In this document: piece by piece, positions 61,994-64,000 of the stretch | Numbering within the stretch: position 1 is the first letter of the stretch | Layout of the letters: each line of letters begins with the position of its first letter | Source: Anaerohalosphaeraceae bacterium | GTDB taxonomy: Bacteria > Planctomycetota > Phycisphaerae > Sedimentisphaerales > Anaerohalosphaeraceae | Length of the DNA: 64,000 bases | Assembly: GCA_963675525.2 (NCBI GenBank) | Contig: CAXXSL010000001.1 | Span: 1-64,000 of the forward strand | Direction: 5' to 3' | Translations under genes and position numbers: made by a program | Notes under the pieces: generated by a model | The model's input: the letters and a program-made list of their open reading frames with translations, nothing else | The model's database searches: none | Told to the model about the DNA's origin: nothing

Positions 61994-62384
61994 CTACCTT
62001 GTCTCGCCTTATAATAGCATTCTGATCGGTAAACATATTTCAGGATCACACAAAACATGACTAAAAACCCCCGCTTTCAGAATTATAGCCGACATTGTCA
62101 GCAGAGTCAAGGAAAAGGACGAACACAGGGCCGAATTGTTGAGGTAAAGACAATGTAAATCGGTGTTTTTGATTCAAAAATACCCCGATGTACAGCAGAT
62201 TTTAGAGGTATGGGAAACCCTGCCTAAGCATGTCAAACAGGCCATCATGGCCCAGATCGCACCGTATCAAGAGAAATAAATTGACTTTATTTGGACAGAA
62301 GATATACTGATAGTATCATTTCCGAAAAGCCACCACCGGTAGGATGGCTTGCAGAGGAGAGGAAGAGATAACGGAGAAGGGAAG

Positions 62385-63122
62385 ATGAAAAAGATTGTTA
62401 TAGTGTGGATGTTTGTTTTCTCATTTGTTCTTTATGCGGACGTGGTTCCTTTTGAACGGTATTATGAGGGCACTGCAAACGCATCTTTCAGGAGGGGTGG
62501 GACTGTTTATTCGTTAAATGATTCAACCGTGAATGGGACTGCTGATGCCTTTGACACTGCATACCCTTATAATGGTGGAGCAATTATTCAGACGGCGACA
62601 GGGGGAACATTTCCAGATACAATTCAGGTTGTCGCCTACTATCCTGCTGTTTATCTACCGTCAGAGAGGCCGGAGTGTTGGTCAAGGGGATATGTTTCGG
62701 GATGGATAGACATCGGAACTACTTCAGAATACCCGCTTGGAACTCCCCTTGAATTGGAAATTAAATATGGAACCTTCGATGAGTATAAGGATTCGGATTA
62801 CCTTTACCGGGGGATTAATATGAGAAACCAGAATGGCGACATTGTTTGGGAGGCGTCCCATTCGACAGATGGTGTCATGGAAACCAATTCTCTACAAATT
62901 ATCGCTGGGACATGGTATACCTTTGAGGCCTGGCACGTCTTCGGTGCATCAGCATTTCCTATCATACCAAATGAACTCAAGTTGAGTGCACTTGTATTTG
63001 ACTTTGCGGTTGTTCCTGAACCGGCGACGGCGGTGCTGCTGGGGTTGAGTGGATTGATATTGAGGAAACACAGAATGTTCCCCGCTAGGGTAAAGTCTTC
63101 TGGACAACCTCTTTGCCGTTAG
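62385..63122 (+). CDS. PEP-CTERM sorting-domain protein
   Basis: Signal peptide MKKIVI...; VPEPATAVLLGLSGLILRKHR. Confidence 0.85.
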   Translation: MKKIVIVWMFVFSFVLYADVVPFERYYEGTANASFRRGGTVYSLNDSTVNGTADAFDTAYPYNGGAIIQTATGGTFPDTIQVVAYYPAVYLPSERPECWSRGYVSGWIDIGTTSEYPLGTPLELEIKYGTFDEYKDSDYLYRGINMRNQNGDIVWEASHSTDGVMETNSLQIIAGTWYTFEAWHVFGASAFPIIPNELKLSALVFDFAVVPEPATAVLLGLSGLILRKHRMFPARVKSSGQPLCR

Positions 63123-64000
63123 CTGTAAAGGTCAGATTGCCAATTTTATCGATAGTTATCGGTGACTGTTTGACATTAGTCAGCAAGTTGCCGCCGACAT
63201 AGATATCTTTAAGCGTTAGATTCTTGATATTTTTGAAAATGAACGGTCGTGTGGGGTCTTTAAACCAGCAGTTCTCAATAATCACAGTATCCGGGTTAAA
63301 GCCGGACAAATCTGAACCTACCGGAATCGCCACGTTTTCACCGCTGTTGCCGGCAAAGGAACAGTTCCTGAAAATCAGGCTTTCATACTCAGGGTAGCAC
63401 TTGTTGACACCGTTCTGGGCCCTGATGGCGCTGCCTGAAGTGCGCATGACAGAGTTGAAATTGTTGAAGGTATAGCTCTTGAGTTGATAGCTTGTATACT
63501 GTCCGGGCTGGCCTTTCCAGCAGGTGTTGGCTCCTAAGCGGATATTATTCGCCATGCCGCTCCAGGCCAGTACGTTGTTAACCGAGATGTTTTCCGAGTC
63601 TTCCGTGTCCCATCTCAACCTCTCTTTGTTGTAGATTGCAGCGGCGGCACAAACATTGTTCTTCGCGGCTTCCATCCGTGTTTTTTCTTCGCCTGTCACT
63701 CGATCTAATTCATCGAGAAAGCGACGTGGAAATTCATCACTGGGGTTGTAGTGGCCGGAGGCAAAGGTGTCATCATTACCCAGGGTAAAGGCACCGTTCA
63801 CAGTAACATTCCGGCCGCTGGTCAAATCCAGTCCGTCGACCCATGCATGGTCATAGGGAGAAAGCCCCTTGATGTTATTGTAGGTTACATTCTTAACCGT
63901 ATGACACTCCCAGTTCCACTGTTTGACATCACGAACATATGTATCGTTGAAGGTGATGTCCTCGGATTGTACCACCATCACGCCTCCCTGATGAGGCGTG
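63085..64000 (-). CDS. Parallel beta-helix glycoside hydrolase (GH28/GH49-like), 3' part only
   Basis: WVDGLDL...GNDD and beta-helix periodicity; the frame is open to the window edge. Confidence 0.65.
   Translation of the reverse strand, partial: TPHQGGVMVVQSEDITFNDTYVRDVKQWNWECHTVKNVTYNNIKGLSPYDHAWVDGLDLTSGRNVTVNGAFTLGNDDTFASGHYNPSDEFPRRFLDELDRVTGEEKTRMEAAKNNVCAAAAIYNKERLRWDTEDSENISVNNVLAWSGMANNIRLGANTCWKGQPGQYTSYQLKSYTFNNFNSVMRTSGSAIRAQNGVNKCYPEYESLIFRNCSFAGNSGENVAIPVGSDLSGFNPDTVIIENCWFKDPTRPFIFKNIKNLTLKDIYVGGNLLTNVKQSPITIDKIGNLTFTANGKEVVQKTLP

Overview
The window looks like two unrelated pieces joined near 10.54 kb. Positions 1 to ~10,540 are low-GC, Bacillota-like DNA in which nearly every long gene is frameshifted, most simply explained by uncorrected long-read indels. 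This part carries a precursor peptide / radical SAM-SPASM / MFS cluster (RiPP candidate), a small IS21-like remnant, and a C-glycoside cleavage locus (Gfo/Idh/MocA oxidoreductase, TIM-barrel alpha subunit, DUF6379-type beta subunit) with an AraC-GH39 regulator, a ROK kinase and a HAD hydrolase. Positions ~10,540 to 64,000 are higher-GC DNA with intact ORFs, probably Planctomycetota (Phycisphaerae/Sedimentisphaerales-like, inferred from DPN motifs, dockerin-like tails and PEP-CTERM genes). It holds core genes (argS, rsfS, hppA, argJ, argC, rpsI, rplM, nrdJ, uup, tadA, tRNA-Gly) and an accessory block at ~24.4-37.9 kb (flgM-like gene, PAS-kinase/NarL pair, small membrane proteins and lipoproteins, B12-radical SAM, MlaC-MMPL-MlaA). 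Also present: a flagellum-derived sigma-28 module with no flagellar genes nearby, a cassette array delimited by a 57-bp repeat next to tRNA-Gly, and two candidate structured RNAs. All family calls come from motif recognition by eye; no searches were run.
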